Below, piece after piece: positions 24,546 to 36,675 of a DNA stretch of 64,000 nt. The position numbers and the translations under genes are program-made. The stretch is from Phyllosticta citribraziliensis (lineage: Eukaryota): NCBI RefSeq assembly GCF_038025025.1, contig NW_027117346.1, forward strand, positions 1,364,001 through 1,428,000, in the 5' to 3' direction. Position 1 is the first letter of the stretch; every line of letters starts with the position of its first letter. The notes below the pieces were generated by a model. That model was not told the DNA's origin. It saw nothing but the letters and a program-made list of their open reading frames with translations, and did no database searches.

Positions 24546-25995
24546 TTAGCTCAATGCAAACTTCTCACTACCATCCCCTTTGCACTGCGCGTCCATGCTC
24601 GCAACAGCATCGCGGATCCTCGACAGCATCCACCCCGACGTCGTCGTCTGCGAGCCATCCGACGGCTTCTCCTCGCCCAAGCGCACCACATTGGCCGTCT
24701 TGCATGTCCACGCCGGGTCCACGTAAGCCCACGTCAGACAGTCGGACTGCGACTCGCAGACCTGCCGGCAAGCTTCTGCAGACTGGACTGCCTCCGGCTC
24801 GGCGTCGCCGGCCATGTTGTCCCAGTCTTGCCTTTGCTCTACGACGAGCTCGGGGGCGATAAAGTGCTTGAAGATGTGGTGGTGGCATATGGGCGATGTT
24901 GACTGCTCGCTTGTTAGACACACGGTGCGTTCGGGACCGCACCAGCGACTGGACTTACAGATTCGTTATTGTTCAACCATGCTTGCTCATAGTCCCACAT
25001 TTTCTCGATCCACTCGGGTGGCATATGATGATAAGAGACAACGGGGTAGCAGAAATGGTGCTCGGTGTAGTCGAGCGTGTACGGAGTCTCTCCTTGAAGA
25101 CGGGGCCAGGACTTGGTCAAGGGGATGTCAATATTTTTGAATGCTTTGGCGAGGACAAAGTCGCCAGCCCACTCCATCTTGGTAAGTTGGTTGTATCGCT
25201 CCGTTTTGGAAGTATACTCGGCGACAATCATGTTCATGGCCTTGTTTGAGACGACAAAGCCAGTTCCGCCATGGGCGAACCAGGTGCCGCGAATGTAGGA
25301 TTGGCCGCCTTGTTAAGAGTCAGCTACCGTGCCGAGTGGAAAAGACTAGACTCACCAATGTAGAGTGGCTTGTGATGGTCAAATTGCTGAAGGAACGAGA
25401 GCAGATTGGACCACACAAGATACGTGTCGGCCTCGATGAAGACGAACCACTTTGCCGATGGACGCGTTTGCAAGGCCTTTTTCATGAGTGGAAGGAATTT
25501 GTACTTGTCGAGATTCCAGGCACTTTTGTGTGTATCCCAATCTTTTTCAAAGTCCGGGAATCCGTCTTCACTCCATTTCCGCAGCTGGCGGTAGAGTTCA
25601 AAGTCGTTGTGCTCCTCCCGAAGCGATGGATCAGTTTCGTTCAAGACATCGTGGACGACGTGGCCCTGAATGTCCTGCTCCAAGTCCGAGAACAGAACGT
25701 AATGGGGAGTGCAGGAGAAGGTCGTGTTGAAATGGACGGGCAGCTTCTCGCTTGCTTCGGTGGCACCCGTCTTGAGTACCACAAGGACATCTTTTGCGCC
25801 GGGAAGTGCCCGACAAGGCAGATGAGACCCCGAGTCCGTCGTCTCCTCCGAATCCTCCAATTCCAGGGCTTCGGATGCGTCAGGACGCTCGGTATTGGCA
25901 AATTGGGTGCGCAGCACGCAAAAGAAAAACAAGACTGCGATGGCAAAGACGAAGACGCGCGCGCGATGGCGCGGAAGGAAAGACGGAGAAGACAT
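24546..25995 (-). CDS. Glycosyltransferase family 31 (Fringe-like) with C-terminal PAN/Apple-like Cys motif, 3 exons
   Basis: Type II TM anchor; VVLKTGATE, WNLDKYKFLP, KWFVFIEADTY, FAHGGTGF, WAGD, FCYPVVSYHH; CRQVCESQSDCLTW; introns 25309..25355 and 24903..24958. Confidence 0.9.
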
Positions 25996-28134
25996 GCGGC
26001 TAAGAGTTAAGGCGGAAGGAGCGCAAGAAGAGAGAGAATGAACAAGGCCAAAGAATGAAGCGAGACTGAATATCCAACAGCTTATAGGAACATGAAGGCT
26101 CAAGATACGGGATGGGATGTAGCTGAAGAGAAATGAGGGTTGGCGCGGAGCGTCATGATCGCCCAAATGATGGCGCCCCACTAGGGGCTTGAGCCGACTG
26201 CTGCGCCACACCCGCAAGTCGTGCACCTCCAGCTGCCAACGACGTCCATTTCTCCCGACTCCAAATCCCAAAATACGGCATCGCTTGACTATGACTACAG
26301 CGTAATTCTGAGCTGCCTGCGAAAATGCGTCGTCATCGGTTGTGTGTGAGTTGCTGGCCGGAAGAACGGACAGAACGCGACGTCGCGGAAATAGAAGGTG
26401 TGCCTTGTCCGATCAACACGATCAAACAGAGCAAAGATGAACAGCCTGATCGCTCGTGAAGCGAACATCCCAAGTTGCGCGACAACCTTCTCGTTGATGC
26501 GACCAGTCAAACGCAAAGCCTGCGGGATTCCAGTTTGATCTTGTTCCGGACGCGCGACGCAGCAACACCACTCTCTCGTCCGACGCTTGCCAACGCCCGA
26601 CACTGCGCATCATGGAAAAAATCCCAACAAATGCAAACTTGAGGCTCCTCACCAAGGTAGCTTTCGCGGCTTCGACTACGATGCGCTTTGGCCTATGATA
26701 CGCGCGCTGCGGGCTCTTTGCAGACTGTTTAAACGCCTTGACCCCACAAACGCTGCACAACAGGCGTGCCTGTCTCCCTCGTCCCCAGCCGACTGTCCCA
26801 ATCTTTTTGCGGTCTAGAGAGACAGACGTTGGTGGGGAGCAGGCTCTTTCGATTCTCGGAAACGCTTTACTATACAACATCGCCTCACTGCTCTCGCATA
26901 TTGAAGAGTTTCGGAGCCAAAAAGTACCCGCATCTTTCGAATCTCCCTATCCTCAATTACCTCCCTTTTCGAATCGAAACAGATGCGCGTCGACCAAGAC
27001 CTTCAGAACACAAACTTGGCCGTCGAAAAAGAATGGATCCTGCTCCCCTCCGTGGTGGCTTTCGGGCACTGGGCCATTCGAGTGAAACAAGGAAGAACAA
27101 AAAGACTACGAAGCCAAAATGGAAATCTTCTTGGGCGGACTGGAAGAGGAGTAGACGGTCCGTGGCGACCGCCCACACGCGCTATCTGCTTCATGCGCGA
27201 ATGCTGGGCCGACGGCTCTTTTTGGTACAACGTCGCAGTCCGCGAGAGTGTCAGCTTCCCCAGGTCATGACGCATTGTCTGCGCATTGAGCCGTTTCGGA
27301 GTTTCCTGCAGAAACCGAGTTGGGATGTGGAAGACGACTTCGATACGATTATGCTGCCCTTGGATTGTATGAAGTTCAAGCCCGGAAAGTAGCGAGTGAG
27401 TTCTCTCATTCTGTGAATCAGGAAAGTGACCCGATTTGGAAAGTTACACACAAATTGTCATGATGCGTGGGTATCAGCGTTCCAGATGACCATCGCCACA
27501 CTGTCAACCCAGCCAATGAAACAGATGGTCATTGCCTTCAGTCTTGCCAGAGGCCGAGTTCTTGCAAGAGGCTGAACTCTTGCAAGAGGTTGAACATGGC
27601 CACGCTTTTCACCATGTCCATCGCACTCTGACCTCCATCCGTCACGAGATCCATTGAGAGGTCACGTCCTCCAAGTTCGATGAGCACTTCGACAACCTCG
27701 ACCAGGTCTAAGTAGACTGCCGTGTGCAAAGCAGACCATCCCCCTGCGTTTTGCGCGTTGATGTCGACCCGAGCACCGACCAGAGCACGAACAACTCCCA
27801 AGCGGTCGGGATCGTGGACCTGCGAGCCATAGCCGGAAATCGCAACTTGGAGAAGTGGATCAGGAAAATACTCGTTTGCATCAGCCCCAAAGTTTATCAG
27901 ACTCTGCGTTGCCTCGGTCAATCCATTTTCCACGGCTAAGCGGAGAGGAGAACGACCGTCTGCATTTTGAGCACCGATCTGATCCAAAAGAGAGCCGTCT
28001 TGTTCCATTGAACACAGTACATCATCCAGGCTTTGACCCCATTCCACCAACTGGTGCAGAATGTTGCCTCCTGTTTGCCGTCAGAGCTTTATTAAATGAT
28101 TACATAGCTCGCATGCTTACCCGTACTTGTCTTA

Positions 28135-28422
28135 AGCTCCTGTCCACTTTGGTCGCGAAATTCTGAGGTGGTCTCGAGCTCCTGTCCACTTTGGTCGTGA
28201 AACTCTGAGGTGTTCTCGAGCTCCTAGCCCCATTCGTCGTAAAACTCTGAAGGTACCTGGGCTTGCATGTCTTCACTAGGTCCATCCTGTGCTGAGTCTT
28301 CCCCGACGTGAAACTCTGAGGTGTTCTCGAGCTCCTAGTCCCATTCGTCGTAAAACTCTGAAGGTGCCTGGGCTTGCATGTCTTCGCTGGGTCCATCCTG
28401 TGCTGAGTTTTCCCCGGCGTGA
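28135..28422. repeat. Nested tandem repeats: two 111-nt units plus 42-nt subunits
   Basis: aaactctgaggtgttctcgagctcct recurs at 28200 and 28311; ctcctgtccactttggtcg recurs with a 42-nt period. Confidence 0.9.
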
Positions 28423-29205
28423 GAGTCGTCCTCAACGGCTGGTTCGGATTGGTGCTTCATAAAAAGGGACTGAAAAGGCGCCCTCAGGATGTTTTCGACT
28501 TGAGAAGCAATGGCTGACACTGTAGGATTCTGCGCCTTCTAAGCGATGCCATGCCTCCGAAGAATGGCGACCACTTCGTCGTCTTCTGCTCGACGAAGAT
28601 CGTATATCCACCTTTGAAGCGTCAAAAGGGCAAATTCCACGTTCAGTCGGGGTTATTGACTCACTTCGTGTGGCCGGTGCCGGGCATGAAGAAAAAGCAG
28701 GCTGTGCCGCCTAGCTTATTTGCAAATTGACGGAACACAATCCCTTGTTTTGCCCACACCCAAAGATGCCGTGCAATTTTCGCGCTGCTGAATTCTGAAT
28801 TTTCTCTGATGGCCGCAGCGACGAGCGAAATGCCCCTCTTGGTGATGACATGTCTCGTGTATCTCTTCGGGCGAGAAAGTGCGGATATGACGTCGAAGTA
28901 TACGGTTACAACGAACCTCCGCAAAACCGTTGATGGTTCCGCGTCTGATTGCAGTTCTTGTGTCAATTTATAATGTTCCCCAAGCGATGTAGCGTTTAGA
29001 AAGCTGGGTGTTTCCCCAGACGACGTGAGTCTTCGCCAGCTGGTATTCGGACTGCATAAGAGAGCTGCAGGCTGCTCCTTCTGGAATAGTTTCTCGACCT
29101 CCGGAGGAAGCCTGACGTCTTCTTCCTTGGTTTTGCGCAGGGACAAGAGTGTGTCTGAGTCCTCCTGTGTATCGCTTTCACTCCAGAATGTTTCGTAGGC
29201 TCCAC

Positions 29206-29380
29206 TTGAAGGTCCCGGAAATGAATGCGGGTGTGCCGCATTTGAAGGACCCTGAAATGAGTGCGGGTGTGCTGCATTTGAAGGATCCTGAAATGAATGC
29301 GGGAATGCCGCATTTGAAGAACCCTGAAATGAATGCGGGTGTGCAGCATTTAAAGTAACCTGAAATGAATGCAGGTGTGC
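29206..29380. repeat. About five 36-nt tandem repeats encoding NAAHPHSFQGPS
   Basis: ttgaagg.ccctgaaatgaatgcgggtgtgc.gca repeated with a 36-nt period. Confidence 0.92.
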
Positions 29381-30223
29381 CTCGAAGGATCCTGCGCCGT
29401 GTGGAGCACTCGGTGAAGGGACGGGTAACTCAGGGGTCTCTCTTTCTTGCATTTTCGCTGAGGATGTGGGCTTCTCTCCTTGGTTCTTGAATATAATGCG
29501 GAATAGACAAGGTGACGACGAACGTAGTATATCGTTGACAATAGGATATCAGAGCTTCCGCCAGCAAATCATCCTGTCCTGTCCGGTGAAGTCGTGAAGA
29601 GCAGTTTTCGCTGAGTTGAGCACCCGTCCTGGGAAGTGACAAGAAGATTTCTACGAAGCAACTTCCAGTTTTGATCAAATAGTCCATGGTCAAAAACAGG
29701 AAAGGGGTAGGCGTGTCGACTCCCACGCTTTCCGATTCTCTGTTGGGTTTGGACAGCTCTGCTCCTTGGTTGCGTCAGCTACCACTCGTCAGTCACCACC
29801 GAAATAGAAAGAACGCTTTCAATACACGACGAGTGGTTTCTTATTCAACACAAGTCGGCAACGGTGCGCGCGCCTGCTCCAACCGTACCAGAGAGTTCCA
29901 GAGTGATGGATAGCATCACCCCAGATTCGCAAGACTCCTTGTCTGACGCTTCTCAGGCTACACAGTGAGGTTTCGACTCGTAGCGACATCTTTAGACTCA
30001 AAATTTAAGGGTTGGTTTCCTGAGTCTGTCAGCAGCGGGATGCTAAGGTTAGCAGGGCGGGTTTGAAGTAATTCGGGGTTGAAGCTCTGCACGAGGGGAC
30101 AAATTACGATAAATTATCTCGGTACTTGGCGTCATCTATAAGAAGCCAAAGCTTTCAAGCTTCCGAAGACACTTCGATGTGCTTAGGCACACATCGACAT
30201 ATGTTCCACCTTCAAAAATGCTC

Positions 30224-31737
30224 TCAAAGCTTCGACTCTCGAGGCACGTTGTACCCAAACTTCTCCGTCGGGTCGCCCGACCTCTTGAACAACGGTGATT
30301 GCACGACACGCGCCCAGTCATGTAGCATCTCGGTGTTCTGCACTGACGTGCGGACCTCGTCGCCGCCGCGCTCGACAATTTCCTGCTGGTACGCATCGAT
30401 GGCATCGGCCCAGGATTGTGTGCCGGAGACTGCGGCTGCAACGCAGCGTTTGAGCTTCGACGCGTCGGCGATGCAGTGGTTGAGGCCTTGGCCGCGCTCT
30501 GGTGCACTGGGTCAGTTCACATCGATCATGCGTATACAAGGGCGAGGAATAGGGGAAAAGGCTTACGGAACGTCATGGGATGCGCCGCATCGCCGGCCAG
30601 GACAACGCGGCCTTGGTGGTTGTCCCACGGCTCTGTCACCCACCACGACACCTTGTTCTCAAAGATCCGCGTCCCCTCGGGTATCCACTGCACGGCGGAG
30701 CGCCAAGGCTCCGCAAACGACTGCGCCATTTCCTTCAGGCGGGCGAGCGACGTCACGTCTTCCCCTTCCCGCGGCTTCCAGGTGCTCATCAGCTGGAAAA
30801 TCCAAGTCGATGCATCGGTTGGGTCTGGGACTTCTTGGACTGTGCAACTAATCAGTCACCGCGGTGGTTTTTTGCTAGCTGATAGATGGACGTACTTGAG
30901 ATCCAGATCCAGTAGCCATCAGGGTGAATCGCATGCCCCATGAGCGGGTGGATTTGGCGGACATATTTGGCCTTGTCCGCGTCTTTGTACGCAATGTGCG
31001 TGTTGATGGCCGAAAAGGGGATGCGCTTCGCTCTGCCCGCTTCGCCGAGGAGATGCATTCGCACCGCCGAATGGACGCCGTCGGCGCCAACGAGCAGCGT
31101 CCCTACCGCTTCAGTCCCGTCTTGGAACCTGGTCGTTACGCCGTTGTCGTGATACAAAATGTCTTTGATAATTTTGCCGTACTGATGGTGGGTCAGGCAG
31201 GTACCAAAAGGGGTGGATGCAACCGGACCTTGACCTCGATTCCTTCGGCGCAGAGACTGCGAAATCCGCGCCGCGTTACGCGATACAAGAGAGGCAGCGT
31301 AATGTCTTTCATGTGCTCGCCCGTCTTGCCGTTGAATGTTGGCAGCAGAAGCGTCTCGGGTGGGTCATAAAACGGGTCGACAGTCGTGGACCGGACGCGA
31401 GCCAAAAGCTCATCTGAAAGGCAGTCTTGCAGCAAAGGGAGCCTTTTCTTGTGAGCCGAGTTCGCGATGACCTTGAGTATACTCACGCCCAGTGTATTGA
31501 CATGCCCCATTCGCGTGGACGGTAGTGGGTCGCAGAGGGTTCTGCTTCGAAGACGGTGCAGCGAATTCCTTCCTGGACAGCGTCAGAGCTGCGATGTACG
31601 CTAGGATGAGAAACCCCTCACCTTCTTCAGGCTTTGAGCGATCAAGAGACCGGTGATTCCTATCAAGTTCAGCACTCTACAGCGCAAGGGGATGCACTAT
31701 CAAGCTCACCGGCTCCAACGATCAAGACATGAGGCAT
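30224..31737 (-). CDS. FAD-dependent monooxygenase (aromatic hydroxylase-like), multi-exon
   Basis: MPHVLIVGAG|ITGLLIAQ (GxGxxG), REWGMSIHW, LLVGADGVHSAVR (DG motif), VVLAGDAAHPMTF..GQGLNHCI (GD motif); several canonical introns. Confidence 0.88.
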
Positions 31738-32194
31738 GCTTGCTTTTTGCTGCATCTTTGCGACAGGAGGTGAAGAAGGAGGATGACGAGAACATCTGCA
31801 ACCTTATCCCGTATCGATTGATCTGCGACTGTGCCGCGCTCGCGGATTGTTTTAGTGGAGATTGCGGAGACTGGCTCCATTTGGGTTATGTGCCCGATTC
31901 AACATGGGGTCCGGGTTGATATGGCTTTGGCTGTCATCATGGCTTCCTGTACTGATCTAGACCGACATCGTGCATGATCCTGGGGCTGAACTGCCAACGT
32001 CGTACTTCAAAAGCAATGACATTTTGAATGGAAAAAGATCGAGCAACAGGATAGCAAAATATTTTCAGCTTTTTGATATCAGAGGTGGGGATGCGTGAGG
32101 CTGAGAGATGAATGCTCCTCGTGAAACTCGGCCGTGCAACTTGGGATTCAGCTTTTCCGTCGTAAACGCGTCTCAGTCATTACTCGTCTGCGAA

Positions 32195-33139
32195 TCAGTG
32201 GCCGGCAGTCTCTGCCCGAGAAAGCGTCGAGCCAGCCTCTTCCTTCTCAAGTGTCATGTTCACGGGTGCCGGCTTGCTCTGTCGCCTCTTGCGGAGGAAC
32301 CAGAAAAGACCTGCACCCAGAATAGCAAGGCCACCAACAATCGAGCCAACCGCGATGCCAGCCTTGTCTCCGCCACTCAGGCTGCTCTTTGAAGATACAG
32401 AGGAAGCCGAAGGTGTTGCGCTGCTAGTAGACGAGCTGCTTGGCGATTCAAAGTCCGAGGCGGTGACGTTGAAGCAAGGGACCTGAGCAGTGAAGGCGGA
32501 CGTCTCGACAAACGTCTATTACTTGTCAGTAGAGTTCAACAGCCAAGGCCGTCCGACTCACAATATCTGCGCAAGCGTAAAAGGTCTGATTCCTGTCCGA
32601 GTCGTACTCGGCCCAGTATTCGAGCTGAATAGTGGCATTTGTACCCGCCGTCACATTGCTTGGGAGTGCGTCGAGCTTGTAGCACTCGTGGCCAGGCTCT
32701 ACCTCTGAGATGTTGCTCACGACCTGCTCTTGAAAGTCGCTTTGGCTGGTGGGATCTACGATGCGTTAGTTCCAAGGCTCTAGTGACATTCCATTGTTTT
32801 CGTGTCACTTACTGTTTCCAAACGCAATGTGGAACTCGACGTTCCAAGCTTCTTGTGCAATGGTCAAAGCGACCGAGCCTTGCTCTGTGGTCTGTCAGAC
32901 AAGGTACCATCACACGAGTCGAGATGCTAACCAAGCGGGAACTGGGTGCGATTGGTGGCTGTTGCGGCGCTGCCGCAGGGAGGGGTGTTGTCGTTTGCCG
33001 CCGACCAGGTCCGGTATGTTGGCCAGAGAAAATCAACGGGACCCATGATGGATCCCTCAGCACCTTCGCCGTGGGCTGCCAGCGCAACAGGCAGAGCAGC
33101 TAGCAGACATGCTGCTGAAATCTTCTTGAAGCCAGACAT
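32195..33139 (-). CDS. Bim1/X325 (LPMO-like copper-binding) domain protein with C-terminal TM helix, 4 exons
   Basis: Signal peptide then AHGEG; FLWP..RTW..DNTPPCGS..RTQFPL; EPGHECY; FYACADI|TFV..PCFNVT; S-rich stalk; AGIAVGSIVGGLAILGAGLFWFL followed by RKRR. Confidence 0.8.
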
Positions 33140-33817
33140 TAAGACGGCGCTTGGTGTTCAGGACTGATGAAGGAGATGATGACAATGAAAACATGAAATG
33201 ATGCCAGAGGTATTTGTAGATGGATGGCTGCATACCGCAAGGCCGGGGATCGGCGTTAAGTTTGCTGTCGGACAACCTTTGTCGACCCAGACAGCTGGAG
33301 CGTTAGTTGCCGTGGATCCATGTGGGCGGTTGGCCAAAAGTTTACGAGCTCGCTTGGGAATTGCCGGAGAAAATGGCTGCTTGTTGCCGCAAAGAGTCGG
33401 GCGAGTCCATTGTCCGGACCTTGCAACGAGTGGGCTGGTGTTGGTTGTGGAGAGGGGATTGGTCGGGTGGTACAGGCCTTGGAAGCGAGTCTGCTTGTTA
33501 TCAGATCATCTGATACTCCATCACCGATATCGTCCCGCTAGTTCATGCAACCCGCACCACTCCGCCAGCCACCAACTCTGTCACGACAAGAACTTGCCCA
33601 AACCCATGGAATCTTGTGCCTCTTCCGGTCCTCCCTCCGCATGAACGCTTCCTCGCCTGCCGTCGCGATGCCTGTCACCTGTCGGGGTTGTCGTTACCTC
33701 CGATGACACCCCGAAGACCTCTGGCCACAAGCTCCTATCGCGGCTTGCTCTTGAAGCTTTAAAGACCTCGCGGCTTCCACCACTCTCTCGCCATCAAGCG
33801 AATCAAACTCCATCAAC

Positions 33818-34433
33818 ATGTTGCGCCAATTGATCGCCTTCGCCTTTCTCTCGGCCGCGTGTGCCGAATTCTTGGGCAAACGCCAGGACAATGACACGGC
33901 CAATTACAACTGCCACGACAACTGCGGTAACCAACACATGCTCCTCTTGGGGAAACTTTCTGACGGCAATTAGGCGAGGCAATTCTGCTTGTCAAGGCCG
34001 GCTGCAATGTCTGCACCGATGAAGCCTTCCTCAACGACTACAAGAATTGCCTGCAGTGCGCCGGCTCGGACAACCAAGACATTTGGCAATACTACGGGCC
34101 CTCCCTGACCAGCGCTGCCGCGAATTGCAGTTTGGCAACGACACCTCTCACTGGTAGCCAAGCCACAGTGGCTTCTGCTACACCCGCGCCGACAGGTTCA
34201 GCCGCAAACTCCTTTGCCGCCTGTCCCACCACGGCAAGTTCTTCAGCGGCGTCGGCATCCGCAACGAGCACGGCGTCCGGCACCGCATCGGCGGCAAGTA
34301 TCCCACTCAAAGACGACGTCGGCAAGACTGACAGTACTAGGCGTCCGCGTCGTCAACCTCTGCAAGCTCCGCTCTCGACTGGAATCCCTTGCTCTTGTTC
34401 ATTCTCGCATCGGCTGCGGGTTGGTCGATGTAA
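33818..34433 (+). CDS. Small secreted Cys-rich protein, probably GPI-anchored, 3 exons
   Basis: MLRQLIAFAFLSAACA signal, KR site, NCHDNCG|EAILL..C..C..YKNCLQCAG..IWQYYG; intron 33927..33973; predicted GC-AG intron 34294..34340 gives ...ALDWNPLLLFILASAAGWSM*. Confidence 0.78.
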
Positions 34434-34489
34434 ATTGTTGATTAAATCTTTACTGGCAGTCTGGAACGAAACAAAAGTTTTTTTGGCCA

Positions 34490-35753
34490 TCACCTGCTCT
34501 GCATCCACTCGAGTACCACGGCCGCAATCTCGTCACTGTTCTTCTCCAGGTACATGAAATGTCCGTTACCCAAAATGCCCCGGTCTTCCAGCTTGATCCA
34601 CTCGGGATCCACGCCCACCTGCTTGAGGTAATTGATGATGCAATGGTCGTATGTAATGTGCGGGCTAGCAGCTCCAGTGATTGCCACATAGGGCACCTTT
34701 GCAATGTTGGGCAGCTGTCGAGCAGGCTCCGTTTGCATCACGCAAGAACGATTTCCAGCAAGGTCGTCTCCGACCCAGACCGTCTCGAGGTCCGCAGAGC
34801 TGTTCAACGCTGGCACGTAACCAATCTCGGTTGTCGTCAGACCGTATGGGCGCGCAGACGTCCGGCCGACAGCCGGAACAGTCGAGTTGCCCACCAAACT
34901 CTGAAACGGTGTGTTTCCCGGCTCAATGTTTACATTTGCCTTGATGAGATTTGGACACTGATCACTCAACAGGGTAGCATAAGTGGAGCCGGCGGAGTGG
35001 CTGATGAGAAAGGACGAACCAATCATCTCCAACAACTGACATCCAGCCTTGCGCATCGACAGCTCCAGACTTGTTGCGTTTGACGTCAATGGAATCATGG
35101 AAGCCATGAAGGAATCAAAAATAGCATCTCCACGAATACCGGTCTGCAACAGTCAGCACTCATCTTTATCAACCAACATCCAACTTACACCAGGCCATTG
35201 TGTGTGGTTTATCGCTTGCGGGTACGGCATAATTGTCTCTGGCGATGTGTAACAGTTCCTGGTGATGTTGTCCGTCGAACCAATCTTCAACGGATAGATG
35301 GAAAACTGCGGTTGGCTGCTACGGCCGACAGAGGTGATGTCCAGGATGTACACCTGGTAGCCATGATCCAGGAAATAGGACGCCCAACCTCTTCGGTTGT
35401 CGAGGGTGTTCAACCACACCTGAGAAGTCGTTAGCGAACAACGCACGCAAGGGCATGAATCAGTCACTTACTGCTCCTGAAGGCACTCCGGCCGATATAA
35501 AAACAATGGGGTTTGTTTGATTCACCCCTGTTTGAGGCGTCAACTTTTCCACGTACAGCTGATCCGAAAAGATGCTCCCGCTGAGCGACTCGCTGTACAC
35601 ATATTCGCCGCCAATGTAAAAGTAGTCCCTCTTATACGCGACCTCTTTCGAGGTGCAGTTGGGGCTCACAGCCGAGACGCCGGTGCACGACGTAGCGTGG
35701 GCGAGACGAGCCAGGGCACCAAACCCCAGCGAAATGGTCGTCAGCCAGCGCAT
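34490..35753 (-). CDS. Secreted alpha/beta hydrolase (lipase/esterase-like), 3 exons
   Basis: Signal MRWLTTISLGFGALA; QLYVEKLTP, WLNTLDNRRGWASYF, HTQWPG|TG, nucleophile motif ISHSAG, GNGHFMYLEKNS. Confidence 0.85.
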
Positions 35754-36675
35754 GATGTCAAACACGCAGACTCTGCAGGCCTGACAACTTGCAGTATTCG
35801 AGGATGTAAAAAGTCATTCTTCATGCTACGAGCAGGGGGAAAAGGGGCCCAGTCAGCCCATGACCGAGATGAAATGATACGACGGCCGGAGCCGTTGAGC
35901 GGTGAGATTGCCGATTCAGGTCCACCCCGAGGCGGTGAGGCCGTCTGTGCGCCCACGGCCTCTACTTTGTCACCCCATATTTGTCCGCGTTTCGAACAAA
36001 ATACTAATTCTGGGCTTAGGGACGTTTTACAGATTGTTATAGATGGGTTGTACAGGGGACGACGCTTCTGTTCCCTTGGTCCGCCCAAGTCGTGGCTGGA
36101 GCTCGCTTCGTCAAGACGCCGAGGTGACATCACGCCGCGCAAACCTTTTCTCGGCTTGAAGAAAGACGGAAGGAATCTGCACGCCCACGAGGCCGCCCCA
36201 TTGATCGTCCTCCGCATTCAGGAAGCCGAGTTCGGGTTGTTGATGATCACAAAATAATCCATCAACCACTTTTGCGCCTCGTACTTGCCTCTCTTCCTCT
36301 GATGAAAGGCGCGATTTGAGGGACGACGTTTCTACGAGTCGTAGTTTGGCTTCGACGGGCCGTGCTACGCCCGGTAGAGTTTGAAACCCTGGACCCTCCC
36401 CGCTGCAGGTCGAGGTCGGAATTGGCAGGTTGTCAAGGAAGTAAGCGAGAGCACAGGTCTCGACTCCGGATTCGCAAGCGTTTTCTACACAGCCAGACCA
36501 TGTTATTATAGGGTGGTGCGCCTGAAAAGACAGACAGCCCTATCAACGGCGCGACTTGGTCTCTCTCCCACTTGTACTCTGGATGGATCGCACACGCTAC
36601 CGTTGACACCTCTTGCCATTCCGGCTTCCGCTTCGACAAAGGCTGGTCCTCTGGACCTCCTCGCTCTCCGCTCAG

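Larger units (their letters stand above)
27538..29452 (-). pseudogene. Ankyrin-repeat protein gene with internal tandem repeats, interrupted by three in-frame TAG codons (5' end may extend to about 29687)
   Basis: Introns 28612..28664 and 28071..28120 link the 263-aa ORF, a middle exon and the ankyrin exon (GRSPLRLAVENG, GWSALHTAV) in one frame; TAG codons at 28539-41, 28335-37 and 28224-26. Confidence 0.72.

Noticed and set aside
26587..27392. Overlapping + strand ORFs suggesting a gene
   Set aside because: Could not build a consistent spliced model or recognise a domain
28135..29380. Repeat arrays as possible CRISPR
   Set aside because: Head-to-tail coding minisatellites with no unique spacers, no cas genes and a eukaryotic context
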